DNA of 64,000 bases from Candidatus Brennerbacteria bacterium RIFOXYC1_FULL_41_11. Lineage in GTDB: Bacteria > Patescibacteriota > Minisyncoccia > UBA6257 > Brennerbacteraceae. This document shows positions 38,434 to 48,382 of the stretch, piece by piece. The position numbers were made by a program, and so were the translations under genes. The DNA is taken from assembly GCA_001817215.1 (NCBI GenBank), contig MHHX01000019.1, forward strand, positions 16,302 through 80,301, in the 5' to 3' direction. Below the pieces are notes generated by a model. The model was not told the DNA's origin, ran no database searches, and saw only the letters and a program-made list of their open reading frames with translations. Position 1 is the first letter of the stretch; every line of letters starts with the position of its first letter.

Positions 38434-39042
38434 CTATCTTCTCGAAGATAAAGCATTGCCAAGCGTGTCTTCATCAGCAAACTCGACTTCGGCGCCTCTT
38501 GGCAGACCTAAGCCGAGGCGGGTGAGTTTTAGGCTTTTAAATTGGTTAAAGATTTTTTCCAGCTCCATAACAGTCAGGTCGCCTTCAGCGGTGTGGCTCA
38601 AGGCGAGGATAATTTCTTTGAGATTTTTGTCATTTTTAATTCTTTCCAAGAGTTCTTTTAATCTGATTTCGTGGCCGTTTCTGATGGTGGGTGAAAAAAG
38701 ACCGCCCAAAACAAAATAAAGACCGTTGAATCTCTTTGTTTTTTCCAGGGTGATTAAATCGGTTTCTTTTTCCACGATAGCCAAGATTAATCGGTCTCTT
38801 TTTTCGTCGCGGCAAATTGGGCAGGTCGAGAAAATATCCTTGCCCGAGTTTGTCGAGGGATCAAAGACAAAAAAACATTTCTGACAGACCCTTACTTTTT
38901 CAGCCAAATCTTTTAATGCTTGTGAATAAGCTAAACTGTTTTTTTTTAAAAACCAAAAAGCTATTCGGTGCGCTTGACGCAAACCGATGCCCGGTACTTT
39001 TGAAAATAACTCAATAAAATTTTCTAGTGACTTTGGCAACAT
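38434..39042 (-). CDS. recR: Recombination protein RecR
   Basis: KVPGIG HhH, CQKC..CPIC zinc finger, Toprim TAEGD.T, VEFADE.TL. Confidence 0.96.
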   Translation of the reverse strand: MLPKSLENFIELFSKVPGIGLRQAHRIAFWFLKKNSLAYSQALKDLAEKVRVCQKCFFVFDPSTNSGKDIFSTCPICRDEKRDRLILAIVEKETDLITLEKTKRFNGLYFVLGGLFSPTIRNGHEIRLKELLERIKNDKNLKEIILALSHTAEGDLTVMELEKIFNQFKSLKLTRLGLGLPRGAEVEFADEDTLGNALSSRR

Positions 39043-39073
39043 TCGGCCCTTTTATTTATTTTAATTTCTTTTT

Positions 39074-40483
39074 TTAAAATTCTTCACTGTCGCTAGTGCC
39101 CATTTCCAGTCCTTCTTCTTTGGTTAGCTCACGGAAACTAGCGAACTGTTCGGAAAAATGGAAAGTGACCTTACCGACCGGACCATTTCTGTGTTTGGCG
39201 ATAATTAAATCGGCAATATTATGCTTGTTTGTTTCTTCTTTGACTTTATCTTCTCGGTAAATAAACATCACAACATCTGCATCCTGTTCAATTGAACCAG
39301 AGTCTCTGAGGTCTGACAAGCGAGGGATTTGATGCGGTCGTTGTTCAACGGCTCGCGAAAGCTGGGAGATGGCTAAAATCGGAATGTTTAACTCTCTGGC
39401 CAAAGCTTTTAAGCCTCTTGAGATCTCTGTCATTTGTTGAACAAGGTTGTCTGATTTACCGGTTGAGTTGATTAACTGGAGGTAGTCAACAATCAACAGT
39501 CCCAGATTAACCTCAGCCTGCAGTCTTCTGGCCATGGCGCGGATTTGAATAACTGTCGGTGTGGCGACATCAACAATATAAATTGGCGCTTCGTCAAGTT
39601 TTGCCATGGCTTCTTGCAAAAGTTCAAAATCATTGGGTTCGCCTTTTTCCGAGAGATTGCCGGTTCTGATTTTCCAAAGGTCAACATTGGCTTCTGCGGC
39701 AACCAATCTGTCGATAATCTGATCACGTGACATCTCGATCGAGAAGATGCCGACTGGCACTTTCTCGGATAGAGCAGCATTTCTGGCAATATCCAGGGCG
39801 AAAGAGCTTTTTCCGATTGAAGGCCTGGCCGCCAGGATTACGAGATCTGATCTCTGCAGGCCCGAAAGAACATTGTCTAAAGATTTGAAGCCGGTAGTGA
39901 TGCCGCGAAGTTTGCCGCGGTGATGGTGGAGCTCTTCGATTCTTTCAAAAGCCTTCTTAAGGTCTTCGGTGATATGCTGGAAGCCTTTGCCAGAAGTTCT
40001 CTGTGAGATTTTGAATATTTCTTGTTCGGCGCTGTCGAGAATATCTTCAACATCTCTTTTTTCCTCTTGCGCCAATTCAGAAATATTATAAGAAGCGCCA
40101 ATCAAGTCTCGCAGAACTCTTTTTTTGTTGACAATCTTTGAGTAGTGGTCAATATGGCTTGATGTCGGAACGAGATTGACAAGTTCGGAAAGGTAGCTCA
40201 CGCCGCCGATTTCTTCAAGTTCCTTTTTTTCTTTGAGCCGGCTTGAAACAGTCAGGATATCAATCGGTTCGCTTCTTGAAAAAAGTTCGATCATCACGGA
40301 ATAGATTTTTTGATGGTTGGGTCGGTAAAAATCTTCCGGCAGCAGAACATCAGCCACTTTTGCCAATGAGTTTCTGTCAATCATGATCGCGCCAAGCACT
40401 GATTGTTCGGCTTCGATATCTTGTGGCGGTAGTTTGCCCGCCAGATCGTTAAGGTTTTTTATTTCGTTTTTTCTTTTTGGCAT
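39074..40483 (-). CDS. dnaB: Replicative DNA helicase
   Basis: AEQSVLGA, AARPSIGKS, VDYLQL, SQLSRAVEQR, SGSIEQDAD. Confidence 0.99.
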   Translation of the reverse strand: MPKRKNEIKNLNDLAGKLPPQDIEAEQSVLGAIMIDRNSLAKVADVLLPEDFYRPNHQKIYSVMIELFSRSEPIDILTVSSRLKEKKELEEIGGVSYLSELVNLVPTSSHIDHYSKIVNKKRVLRDLIGASYNISELAQEEKRDVEDILDSAEQEIFKISQRTSGKGFQHITEDLKKAFERIEELHHHRGKLRGITTGFKSLDNVLSGLQRSDLVILAARPSIGKSSFALDIARNAALSEKVPVGIFSIEMSRDQIIDRLVAAEANVDLWKIRTGNLSEKGEPNDFELLQEAMAKLDEAPIYIVDVATPTVIQIRAMARRLQAEVNLGLLIVDYLQLINSTGKSDNLVQQMTEISRGLKALARELNIPILAISQLSRAVEQRPHQIPRLSDLRDSGSIEQDADVVMFIYREDKVKEETNKHNIADLIIAKHRNGPVGKVTFHFSEQFASFRELTKEEGLEMGTSDSEEF

Positions 40484-40607
40484 TGTTTTAACTCGGGCGT
40501 TTGTGATCTTGACCCCGACTATTAATGTCGGGCATGATTACTTTATTTTCAATCAAAAGCAGGGGTTTCGCAATCGAAACTGGGGGTTAGTTGTGAATAA
40601 TTCAGAA

Positions 40608-42056
40608 CTATTTCTTGTATATCCTGATACCGTCGGGTGTATCTTGAAGCTCAAATCCAAGGTTTTCAACCTGTTTTCTGAGATCATCTGATTTTTTGAA
40701 GTCTTTGTTCTTTCTGGCTTGTTCTCTTTTTGCAATCAAAGATTTTATATTCTCAGGGGTGTCAGACAATGTTTGCCTGGCATTTGTTTCATTAAGTTTT
40801 AGTCCGAGAACCTTATCGAATTCAAACAAAAGCTGAAGTTTTTCTTGAGGCATGGCTTCTGATTTTAAAGTTTCCCAAGCTGTAGCCAGCGCTTGCGGAA
40901 TACTGAAGTCATCAGCCAAAGCGTTTTCAAATTTTTGTTTTAATGCCAAAGCCGCTTCGGATCTTTCTGCTTGCTGCTCTTTAGTAAAAAGCATTAAAGT
41001 GGCTATTTTGTTTTTCATTTCTTCAAGGCTCGCTTGAGCATTTTTCAAGGCCTCCCAAGTGAAGTTTTGTTTTGAACGATAATGTGCGGTCAAGAAGAAG
41101 TAACGTAAGGTTAGCGGATCAAAACCGTGCTCCATGATTTCTTGCAAAGAATAACCAGTGCCTTCTGATTTCGCCATTTTTTTGTCATTGACCAAAAGAT
41201 GCTCGTTGTGCAGCCAGTAGTTGACGAACTTTTTATTATTTGCAGATTCTGATTGAGCAATTTCATTGGTGTGGTGAATTGGAATATGTTCAACTCCGCC
41301 CATGTGGGCGTCGAGTGCGTCGCCAAGTAATGTTTTTGACATGACTGAACATTCAATGTGCCAACCCGGGAAGCCCCGACCTTTTTTAACTAGTTTTGAT
41401 TTGAAAGGCGAAGGCCAAGATTGCAGGGAGTTTTTGTGAACGCCAGCCTTGAAAAACCATAAAGCAAAATCAAGAGGTGATTTTTTTTGGGCATCTGAAA
41501 CATCGCCTTTGCCTGCGTCTTTTTGCATTTTTTCGAGGTTCTGGCCAGAGAGTTTTGTGTAATCTGGGAATTTTTTAACGTCAAAATAAACAGCCAGGTC
41601 AGTTTCATAGGCGAATCCTTTTTCAATCAAGGTCTGTGTCATCTCAACCATCTGTGGAATATATTCAGTCGCCCTTGGTTTGTGAGTGGGTTCAAGAAGA
41701 TTAATCGCTTTTGTATCCTCTTCAAATTGATCAATGTATTTTTGAGCAATGATATCCGGAGATAATTTTTGCGCTCTGGCACTTTTTTCCATTCTGTCTT
41801 CTCCGGAATCAGCATCGCCGATATTATCACCGGTGAGGTGTCCGACATCTGTGTAGTTCCTTACGTGTAGAGTCTCGTAATTAAGATATTTGAAAGTTCG
41901 TACAACTAAGTCTCCCATAGTCATGCCACGCAGATTGCCAATGTGCTGAGCCCAGTAAACTGTCGGTCCGCAGTGGTAAAAACGCAGCTTATTCGCCTCA
42001 ATTGGTATAAACTCTTCAAGTTTTCTTGAAAGAGTGTTGTAGATCTTTAATTTCAT
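40608..42056 (-). CDS. cysS: Cysteine--tRNA ligase
   Basis: CGPTVY..HIGN, PGWHIECS, HH.NEIAQ, KMAKS. Confidence 0.98.
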   Translation of the reverse strand: MKLKIYNTLSRKLEEFIPIEANKLRFYHCGPTVYWAQHIGNLRGMTMGDLVVRTFKYLNYETLHVRNYTDVGHLTGDNIGDADSGEDRMEKSARAQKLSPDIIAQKYIDQFEEDTKAINLLEPTHKPRATEYIPQMVEMTQTLIEKGFAYETDLAVYFDVKKFPDYTKLSGQNLEKMQKDAGKGDVSDAQKKSPLDFALWFFKAGVHKNSLQSWPSPFKSKLVKKGRGFPGWHIECSVMSKTLLGDALDAHMGGVEHIPIHHTNEIAQSESANNKKFVNYWLHNEHLLVNDKKMAKSEGTGYSLQEIMEHGFDPLTLRYFFLTAHYRSKQNFTWEALKNAQASLEEMKNKIATLMLFTKEQQAERSEAALALKQKFENALADDFSIPQALATAWETLKSEAMPQEKLQLLFEFDKVLGLKLNETNARQTLSDTPENIKSLIAKREQARKNKDFKKSDDLRKQVENLGFELQDTPDGIRIYKK

Positions 42057-42154
42057 TGCGTCATTTTATTTATGTTGGATGTTTTCCAACCTATGAGTTA
42101 TTGGAAAACACGATTCGCATACGGCAAAGCAAGAAAATATTTTGATGCGATTGC

Positions 42155-43066
42155 TTAAAGCAGTTTTTTTCGTTTCAAAAACCAGTAGAGTAAAACGCAA
42201 CAGACGAGCGTGATGGATAAAATGATCCACCAATCGCCGGGTTTGCCAATGATCGGCGTGAACTGGGTGTTAATCTGGAAAAGGGTGCCGACAACCGTGA
42301 AAGGAGCCAAGAAAAAGGCTAGCCAAGAGATGATTTTTGTTACCTCATCAAACTTGGACGAGAGGATAGAACTATTGGTCGATTCTAAACTATCAAGGGT
42401 GTCTTTTTGGTTTTGAGAGAGATCAACCGTGTCATCGTGGGCTTCGAGAATATGTTTGAAATGATTGGTTTTGTCGTTTTTAAAAATCTTTTTTTGTTCT
42501 TCGAGCATTTCTCTTAAAACTCCATGGAGAGGCTGAATGATTCTTCGGAAATCAAGAACATCTCTTTTGGTTTGGGAGATTTGTTTGATCATCTCTTTTT
42601 CTCTGCCCTTAAAAATATTTTCAGTAATCTGAGTTATTTTTTTATCAATATGGGTTAGCTCTCTTTGGGCGTAGGTGAAGATGTTTTCAAAAAGAAGATC
42701 CAGAAACTCGGCCGCGGTCTTGCCAAAGAATTTCGATCGATACCCTTCGAGAGTATCTGCCTGTTTGAATATTTCCTCGATCGGTTCGTTGGCAGCATAT
42801 CTGATGGTCGCGACAACATCTTCTTTGATCAATAAATCTATTTCTTGTGGAGTTGATGTTTTTTTATGCTGGCTGTAAGCTGGGAAGCGAGTGACCGCAA
42901 AGAGAAAGTCATCGTATTGATCAAGTTTTTGTCTGGGTATTTGTTTTTTGAGCTCGTCTTGCAGATCTTGCGGTAAATTGAAGTATTCGTTAAGGGTCTG
43001 AATATCTTCATCTTTTGGCTGGAAAATATCTAGCCACGTGATTTTGTCTTTGATTGTGCGTATCAT
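42155..43066 (-). CDS. CorA-family divalent cation transporter
   Basis: CorA-like cytoplasmic domain plus two C-terminal TM helices; signature reads QIN instead of GMN. Confidence 0.85.
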   Translation of the reverse strand: MIRTIKDKITWLDIFQPKDEDIQTLNEYFNLPQDLQDELKKQIPRQKLDQYDDFLFAVTRFPAYSQHKKTSTPQEIDLLIKEDVVATIRYAANEPIEEIFKQADTLEGYRSKFFGKTAAEFLDLLFENIFTYAQRELTHIDKKITQITENIFKGREKEMIKQISQTKRDVLDFRRIIQPLHGVLREMLEEQKKIFKNDKTNHFKHILEAHDDTVDLSQNQKDTLDSLESTNSSILSSKFDEVTKIISWLAFFLAPFTVVGTLFQINTQFTPIIGKPGDWWIILSITLVCCVLLYWFLKRKKLL

Positions 43067-43129
43067 CTGTTTTTAAGGTTAATATATTATTTTAGCACAA
43101 CCTCGTTGCGCTGGGTCCGGACCAAGTCG

Positions 43130-43166
43130 TTAGCAGTCTTGACATCAGATTGCTAATTTGTATAAT
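43130..43166 (+). promoter_or_regulatory. CIRCE operator overlapping the hrcA-grpE-dnaK promoter
   Basis: TTAGCAGTC-N9-GATTGCTAA; TTGACA inside the spacer; TATAAT at 43161. Confidence 0.9.
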
Positions 43167-43271
43167 AGATGTTATGAACTCTTCGATTGCGTTCAGAGCG
43201 GGATGGTTAATTTACCATATTTAATGGTAAGAATGAAATTAAACTAATGCTTATATTGAGCTTGCCGAAAT

Positions 43272-43928
43272 ATGAATGACCGCCAGAGACAGATTCTTTC
43301 AATTTTGATTGATGATTATGTTGAGGAAAATAAGCCGATCTCTTCTGGATTTTTGGTTTCACGGCATCATCTTGAGTTTAGTCCGGCCACGGTCAGAAAT
43401 GAACTGGCGGAGTTGCTGGAAAACGGTTATCTGAAAAAGATCTATTTTTCTTCCGGTAATGTCCCGACTAATAAGGCTTACCGTTTGAAAGTTGAGGAAG
43501 TATTAGTTTCGGAACCTCAGGATTCTCGTCAATCTCAATCGGAGAATTTTTCTTCTCTTGAGGGTGCCGTTAGCTTTTTGGCGAAAAGATTTGGTGCTTT
43601 GACTTGTGGAGTGGATGAGGATCTTAATCTTTTCATTGATGGTATTGACGAGCTTTTCGGTCAGCCTGATTTCAATACCCGGGATCAGTATCTAATTCTG
43701 GGCAGACTGGTTGAATGTTTGCAGGAAATGAAAAAACAGATTTCGCATCAAAGTGAAAACAGTATCTTTGTCGGTCGGGAAAATCCTTTTTGGGACGAGT
43801 CAGATGACTTGTCTTGGTTAGTTGGTTCTTCGAAGAATAACTACGTGAATATTGTTTCGATCGGTCCGACAAGGATGCCGTATAAGAAAAATTGGCAGAT
43901 TTTTAAAGAAGTATTAGAAAATTTTTAA
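43272..43928 (+). CDS. hrcA: Heat-inducible transcription repressor HrcA (short)
   Basis: RQRQIL, SPATVRNEL..L, PT.KAYR, IGPTRM.Y. Confidence 0.92.
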   Translation: MNDRQRQILSILIDDYVEENKPISSGFLVSRHHLEFSPATVRNELAELLENGYLKKIYFSSGNVPTNKAYRLKVEEVLVSEPQDSRQSQSENFSSLEGAVSFLAKRFGALTCGVDEDLNLFIDGIDELFGQPDFNTRDQYLILGRLVECLQEMKKQISHQSENSIFVGRENPFWDESDDLSWLVGSSKNNYVNIVSIGPTRMPYKKNWQIFKEVLENF

Positions 43929-43937
43929 TTAGATTTT

Positions 43938-44432
43938 ATGAGCGATAAAGACGAAAATAAAAAAGAAGAAACAAAGGAAATAGAATTAGAGAAGCTTGTC
44001 GAAGAGCGAAATGATTATCTTGCCGGCTGGCAAAGATCACGAGCCGATTTTCTCAACTATAAAAAAGAAGAAACCGAAAGGCTGGCGCGAACAATTCAGT
44101 TTGCTAACGAAGACATGATTAAAGACTTGATCTTTGTTATGGATAGTTTTAGTTTGGTTGAGAATGGCTTGAATCTGTCGACCGAGGGGAAAGATCAACT
44201 AAAGCCGTTTTTGATGGTTAAAGCCCAGTTGGAAAATACTTTGAAGACCAGGGGTTTGGAAAAAGTTAAAATCTCTGTCGGAGACGAGTTTAGTCCCGAA
44301 GTTCATGAGGCGATCGAGATGATTGATGATTCTCGTGCGAGCGACAGCCATAAAGTTATTGAAGTCATCGCTGACGGCTATTATTTGAACGGGAAATTGA
44401 TCAGGCCGGCAAAGGTAAGGGTTAGCAAATGA
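43938..44432 (+). CDS. grpE: Nucleotide exchange factor GrpE
   Basis: RADFLNYKK, F.PEVHEAI, GY.LNGKLIRPAKVRV. Confidence 0.96.
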   Translation: MSDKDENKKEETKEIELEKLVEERNDYLAGWQRSRADFLNYKKEETERLARTIQFANEDMIKDLIFVMDSFSLVENGLNLSTEGKDQLKPFLMVKAQLENTLKTRGLEKVKISVGDEFSPEVHEAIEMIDDSRASDSHKVIEVIADGYYLNGKLIRPAKVRVSK

Positions 44433-44485
44433 CCTCGACGAATAAATTAAAATGCGAAATTAACAAATATTTATTATAAAAAATC

Positions 44486-46333
44486 ATGAAAATACTTGGA
44501 ATAGATCTTGGAACAACAAATTCAGCTATGGCGATCATTGACGGTGGTCAGCCAAGGGTTTTGGAAAATAAGGAGGGAGCAAGGACAACTCCTTCAGTCG
44601 TGGCGGTTTCTAAGACCGGAGAGAGATTAACCGGCATTACGGCCAAGCGCCAGGCCGTGGTTAATCCGCACAATACTATTTTTTCCGTCAAAAGATTGAT
44701 TGGCAGACGTTTTTCAGATCCGGTGATTGAACATGATAGAAAATTGTTATCTTATGAGATGGTTCAGTCTGGTAATGGCGGTGTCGAAGTAAAAATGGGA
44801 GATAAAACTCATAAGCCCGAAGAGATTTCGGCTATGATTTTGATGAAATTAAAGCAAGATGCTGAAGACTCTATCGGCGAGAAGATCGAGGAAGCCATTA
44901 TCACCTGTCCGGCTTATTTTGATGATTCTCAAAGAGCGGCGACGAAAGCTGCCGGTGAGATTGCCGGATTCAAAGTCAAGCGTGTTTTGCCTGAGCCGAC
45001 TGCGGCCGCTTTAGCTTATGGGTTTAATAAGAGAAAGGGCGGCAAGATTTTGGTTTATGATTTTGGCGGTGGTACTTTTGACATTTCTGTTCTCGAGATG
45101 GGCGATGACGTAATTGAGGTTAAGGGTATTGGCGGCGACACGCATCTTGGCGGCGACGATCTTGATCAGAAAATTATTCACTTCATTATCGACGAATACA
45201 AGAAGAACGAGGGCATTGATCTTTCAAAAGACAATCTGGCGTTGCAGAGATTAAAAGAGGTGGCCGAACGAGCCAAACACGAACTTTCAACTATGTTTGA
45301 GACCGAGATCAACCTTCCTTTCGTGACTTCTGACGCTAACGGTCCAAAACATTTGTTGATGAAGTTCTCACGGGTGCAGCTCGAGAAATTAGTTGGAGAT
45401 TACATTGAGCGTTCGATTGAACTTGTCGACGAAACTTTGAAAAATGCCAAGATTAAAAAAGAAGAGATTGATGAGATCGTTATGGTTGGCGGTCAGACAA
45501 GAATGCCGGCAATTCAGGAGGCAGTAAAAAAGTATTTCGGCAAGGAGCCGCATCGTGATATTAATCCCGATGAGGTTGTGGCGATCGGCGCCGCAGTCGA
45601 AGCCGGAATCTTACAGGGTGAGGTGAGGGATGTTTTGTTGCTTGACGCCACGCCATTGAGTTTTGGTATTGAAACCCTTGGTGGCGTGATGACTGTTATG
45701 ATTGCTAAAAATACGACTATTCCGACTGCTAGAACCGAGGTTTTTTCGACCGCCTCTGATAATCAGACCTCTGTCGAAGTTCATGTTATGCAGGGCGAGC
45801 GTTCGATGGCTCAAGACAACAAGAGTCTTGGCAGATTTATTTTGGATGGCATTCCGCCGGCTCCGAGGGGTATTCCTCAGGTTGAAGTTAGCTTTGATAT
45901 TGATGCCAACGGTATTTTGTCAGTCACGGCCATGGATAAAGCGACCAACAAAAAGCAATCCATCAGAATTGAGGGATCAACTAATCTTTCCAAAGAAGAC
46001 ATTGAAAGGATGAAAAAAGAAGCCGAGTTGCACCAAGCAGAAGATCAGAAGCAAAAAGCTTTATCAGAAACAAAAAATTTGGCCGAGAATTTGATTTATC
46101 AGGTTGAAAAATCAATCAAGGATTGGGGGGAAAAGATCGCGCCGGACCTGAAAACAAAGCTTGATCAAAAAGTTTCTTCCCTGAAGTCCGCAAAAGACTC
46201 TCAAGACGTTGAGAAGATAAAAACTGAAACCCAAGAGCTTTCGGCTTTATTGCAGGAAATCGGGAAAAATATGTATAGCCAGAGCGCTCAGTCGGGCGAA
46301 GAACCAAAGCCCGAAGAACCCAAACAGAGCTGA
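44486..46333 (+). CDS. dnaK: Chaperone DnaK
   Basis: GIDLGTTNS, DFGGGTFDIS, VGGQTRMP. Confidence 0.99.
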   Translation: MKILGIDLGTTNSAMAIIDGGQPRVLENKEGARTTPSVVAVSKTGERLTGITAKRQAVVNPHNTIFSVKRLIGRRFSDPVIEHDRKLLSYEMVQSGNGGVEVKMGDKTHKPEEISAMILMKLKQDAEDSIGEKIEEAIITCPAYFDDSQRAATKAAGEIAGFKVKRVLPEPTAAALAYGFNKRKGGKILVYDFGGGTFDISVLEMGDDVIEVKGIGGDTHLGGDDLDQKIIHFIIDEYKKNEGIDLSKDNLALQRLKEVAERAKHELSTMFETEINLPFVTSDANGPKHLLMKFSRVQLEKLVGDYIERSIELVDETLKNAKIKKEEIDEIVMVGGQTRMPAIQEAVKKYFGKEPHRDINPDEVVAIGAAVEAGILQGEVRDVLLLDATPLSFGIETLGGVMTVMIAKNTTIPTARTEVFSTASDNQTSVEVHVMQGERSMAQDNKSLGRFILDGIPPAPRGIPQVEVSFDIDANGILSVTAMDKATNKKQSIRIEGSTNLSKEDIERMKKEAELHQAEDQKQKALSETKNLAENLIYQVEKSIKDWGEKIAPDLKTKLDQKVSSLKSAKDSQDVEKIKTETQELSALLQEIGKNMYSQSAQSGEEPKPEEPKQS

Positions 46334-46352
46334 GTTAATTGGTCGGATATGT

Positions 46353-46394
46353 TTTTAGCACAAAACTCCTTTGTCAGGAGTTTTGTGCTAAAAT
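46353..46394. terminator. Perfect 18-bp hairpin after dnaK ending in TGCTAAAAT (-10-like)
   Basis: TTTTAGCACAAAACTCCT-TTGTC-AGGAGTTTTGTGCTAAAA. Confidence 0.7.
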
Positions 46395-46424
46395 GTTTCA
46401 GGCTTAATCTTAATTTTTTGAATT

Positions 46425-47432
46425 ATGTTTAATTTTTCCTCAAAATCGAAAACCTCAGTAGTGAAAACCGTTGATCCCGTCGAAGATACTGGGACGTTTA
46501 GGAAAATTATTATACTTACCCTTAACTTGGTTTTGTTTCTGGGGCTTTCTTTCTTTCTTTATAAATTGGTTTATACTGACGGTGTCGATTCAAAAAGCGA
46601 TCAGATCTTGGCTCTTTTATTCGCTGTGTCTTGGATTTGCGTGCTTTTGATCTCTAGCTTAGTTTTGAAGTTCCCAGCATTTTTAATTCTGGTTGTTTTC
46701 GGTCTCCCAGCTGTTTTTTTCCCTTTTTTGAAAGATCTTGATTTCGGTTTAGTCAGCATTTTTATTTCTGTTGTTTTGTTTTCGATTATTTTGATGCGGC
46801 AGGTAAGCAGGACAGCGGCAGATAATTCCTTGAAGTTTAAACCGTCTTTGATTTTGAGCCCAAGCTTGCCGAAGATGCTTTTTATCCTTTCTTTGTTGGC
46901 GGCTTTAGTTTTTTGGTCTGGTAAGTTTAGCTCGGGACTCAATCTCGGAGTTTCTGATTTTAACTCTATTTTGTCGCCGGGGATGAACATCATTTATCCT
47001 GAATATAGTGAGAAAACAACTTTTGGCGAGTTGGCTGACAAAATTCTTGAAAAACAAACGTCGGGAATTTTGGGCGGGTTGATTCCGGGTGGAGTGCCAA
47101 GTAATTTGACTAAAACAATTAAACTGCAAGCTCGGGAAAGTTTTCTTTCCCAAATTTCTCAGGCGCTCGGTAAAAAAATCTTTGCCAAAGACACCATCTC
47201 CGGCGTTTTTCACTCAATTATCACTAATTATTACAAGGCTTTACCGGAAACCCTGAAGAAGGCCATTGATTTCTCAATTCTTTTTGTTCTGTTTATTTTT
47301 TGGTTTGGCGTTTTTCAGCTTTTCAGTTTTGTTTTTCATGTTATTTTTTGGCTGGTCTTGCAGGTGTTTTTGGCTTTAAAGATAGTAAGGGTTGATTTCG
47401 TGACGGTTGAGAAAGAAATCTTAACCACTTGA
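46425..47432 (+). CDS. Polytopic membrane protein of unknown function
   Basis: About 6 TM segments with an internal soluble loop. Confidence 0.75.
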   Translation: MFNFSSKSKTSVVKTVDPVEDTGTFRKIIILTLNLVLFLGLSFFLYKLVYTDGVDSKSDQILALLFAVSWICVLLISSLVLKFPAFLILVVFGLPAVFFPFLKDLDFGLVSIFISVVLFSIILMRQVSRTAADNSLKFKPSLILSPSLPKMLFILSLLAALVFWSGKFSSGLNLGVSDFNSILSPGMNIIYPEYSEKTTFGELADKILEKQTSGILGGLIPGGVPSNLTKTIKLQARESFLSQISQALGKKIFAKDTISGVFHSIITNYYKALPETLKKAIDFSILFVLFIFWFGVFQLFSFVFHVIFWLVLQVFLALKIVRVDFVTVEKEILTT

Positions 47433-47443
47433 GTTATGAATTC

Positions 47444-47551
47444 CGTTAGAAATTCAGTCATAGATAAGTGCATAATTTTTGTTATGAAGGGGAATCCGAC
47501 GGTCGTCTTTGTGATTGCGAGTAAAGAATTAACTTTATCAAATTTCTAACG
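47444..47551. repeat. CGTTAGAAATT...AATTTCTAACG inverted-repeat element
   Basis: Perfect 11-bp terminal inverted repeat; related short copy at 54244-54273. Confidence 0.55.
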
Positions 47552-47553
47552 AG

Positions 47554-48063
47554 ATGAAAGATTTTTACAAAATTCTTGGAGTTTCGGAAAATTCATCTTC
47601 GGAGGAGATAAAGAAAGCTTATCGCAATTTGGCCCATAAGCATCATCCCGACAAATCTTCCGGAGACGAAGCAAAGTTTAAAGAAATAAATGAAGCCTAT
47701 CAAACGCTTTCTGATGCCGGCAAGAAACAACAGTATGATGCTATGCGAAAGTATGGTGGGGGATTCAGCAGTAGTGATTCCCGTGGCTTTGGCTACGACC
47801 CGTTCGGTTTTTCTTCGGGTGGGTTTTCTTGGCAGGGCGGATTAGATGATCTTTTGTCAGAGTTCTTCGGTGGCATGTCTGGTTTTTCCCGTTCGACCGG
47901 ACAAAGGACCAGGACTCAGCCGAAACAAGTGGTTACGATGTCGGTTCAGGGTCCAAAAGGTATGAACATGACAATCCAGCTTTCAGGGGTTAAGGGCGTT
48001 AATGATAAAGCCAAAAAGATTATTGAAGAGTTTGCCGGAAAGTTGTTTAGAGAACTGGAGTAA
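47554..48063 (+). CDS. Short J-domain protein (J plus G/F region only)
   Basis: [20 protein letters not shown]; no zinc finger or C-terminal domain. Confidence 0.9.
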   Translation: MKDFYKILGVSENSSSEEIKKAYRNLAHKHHPDKSSGDEAKFKEINEAYQTLSDAGKKQQYDAMRKYGGGFSSSDSRGFGYDPFGFSSGGFSWQGGLDDLLSEFFGGMSGFSRSTGQRTRTQPKQVVTMSVQGPKGMNMTIQLSGVKGVNDKAKKIIEEFAGKLFRELE

Positions 48064-48074
48064 AACATTCATTA

Positions 48075-48118
48075 AAAATAAAACAGCCTAGGTTCGTTGA
48101 CCTTGGCTGTTTTATTTT
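48075..48118. terminator. Bidirectional terminator
   Basis: AAAATAAAACAGCC...GGCTGTTTTATTTT between convergent ORFs. Confidence 0.7.
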
Positions 48119-48121
48119 GTC

Positions 48122-48382
48122 TCAGGAATCATCATAGATCCTTTTTTTGTAACCTATGTTGGGGTGGTCGAATGTGAAGTAGATATTTTCGTTATCGTCT
48201 TTCTTGACTCTTCCTTCATATTCTTTACCACTGTTTTTATAGGTCACAATCACTCCGTAGTCATTGTAAAGATGGCTCCAGAATCTTCCGGTAATCACCA
48301 AGCCTTCTCGCGAAAGCGTGGTATTGTGTTCCGGGTAGCGGTTGTGCAGATATTTAACTTTCTGCACACAGAATTTTTCCAC
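48122..48382 (-). CDS. Small hypothetical protein
   Basis: 86-aa ORF with GTG start converging on the terminator; start uncertain. Confidence 0.4.
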   Translation of the reverse strand: MEKFCVQKVKYLHNRYPEHNTTLSREGLVITGRFWSHLYNDYGVIVTYKNSGKEYEGRVKKDDNENIYFTFDHPNIGYKKRIYDDS

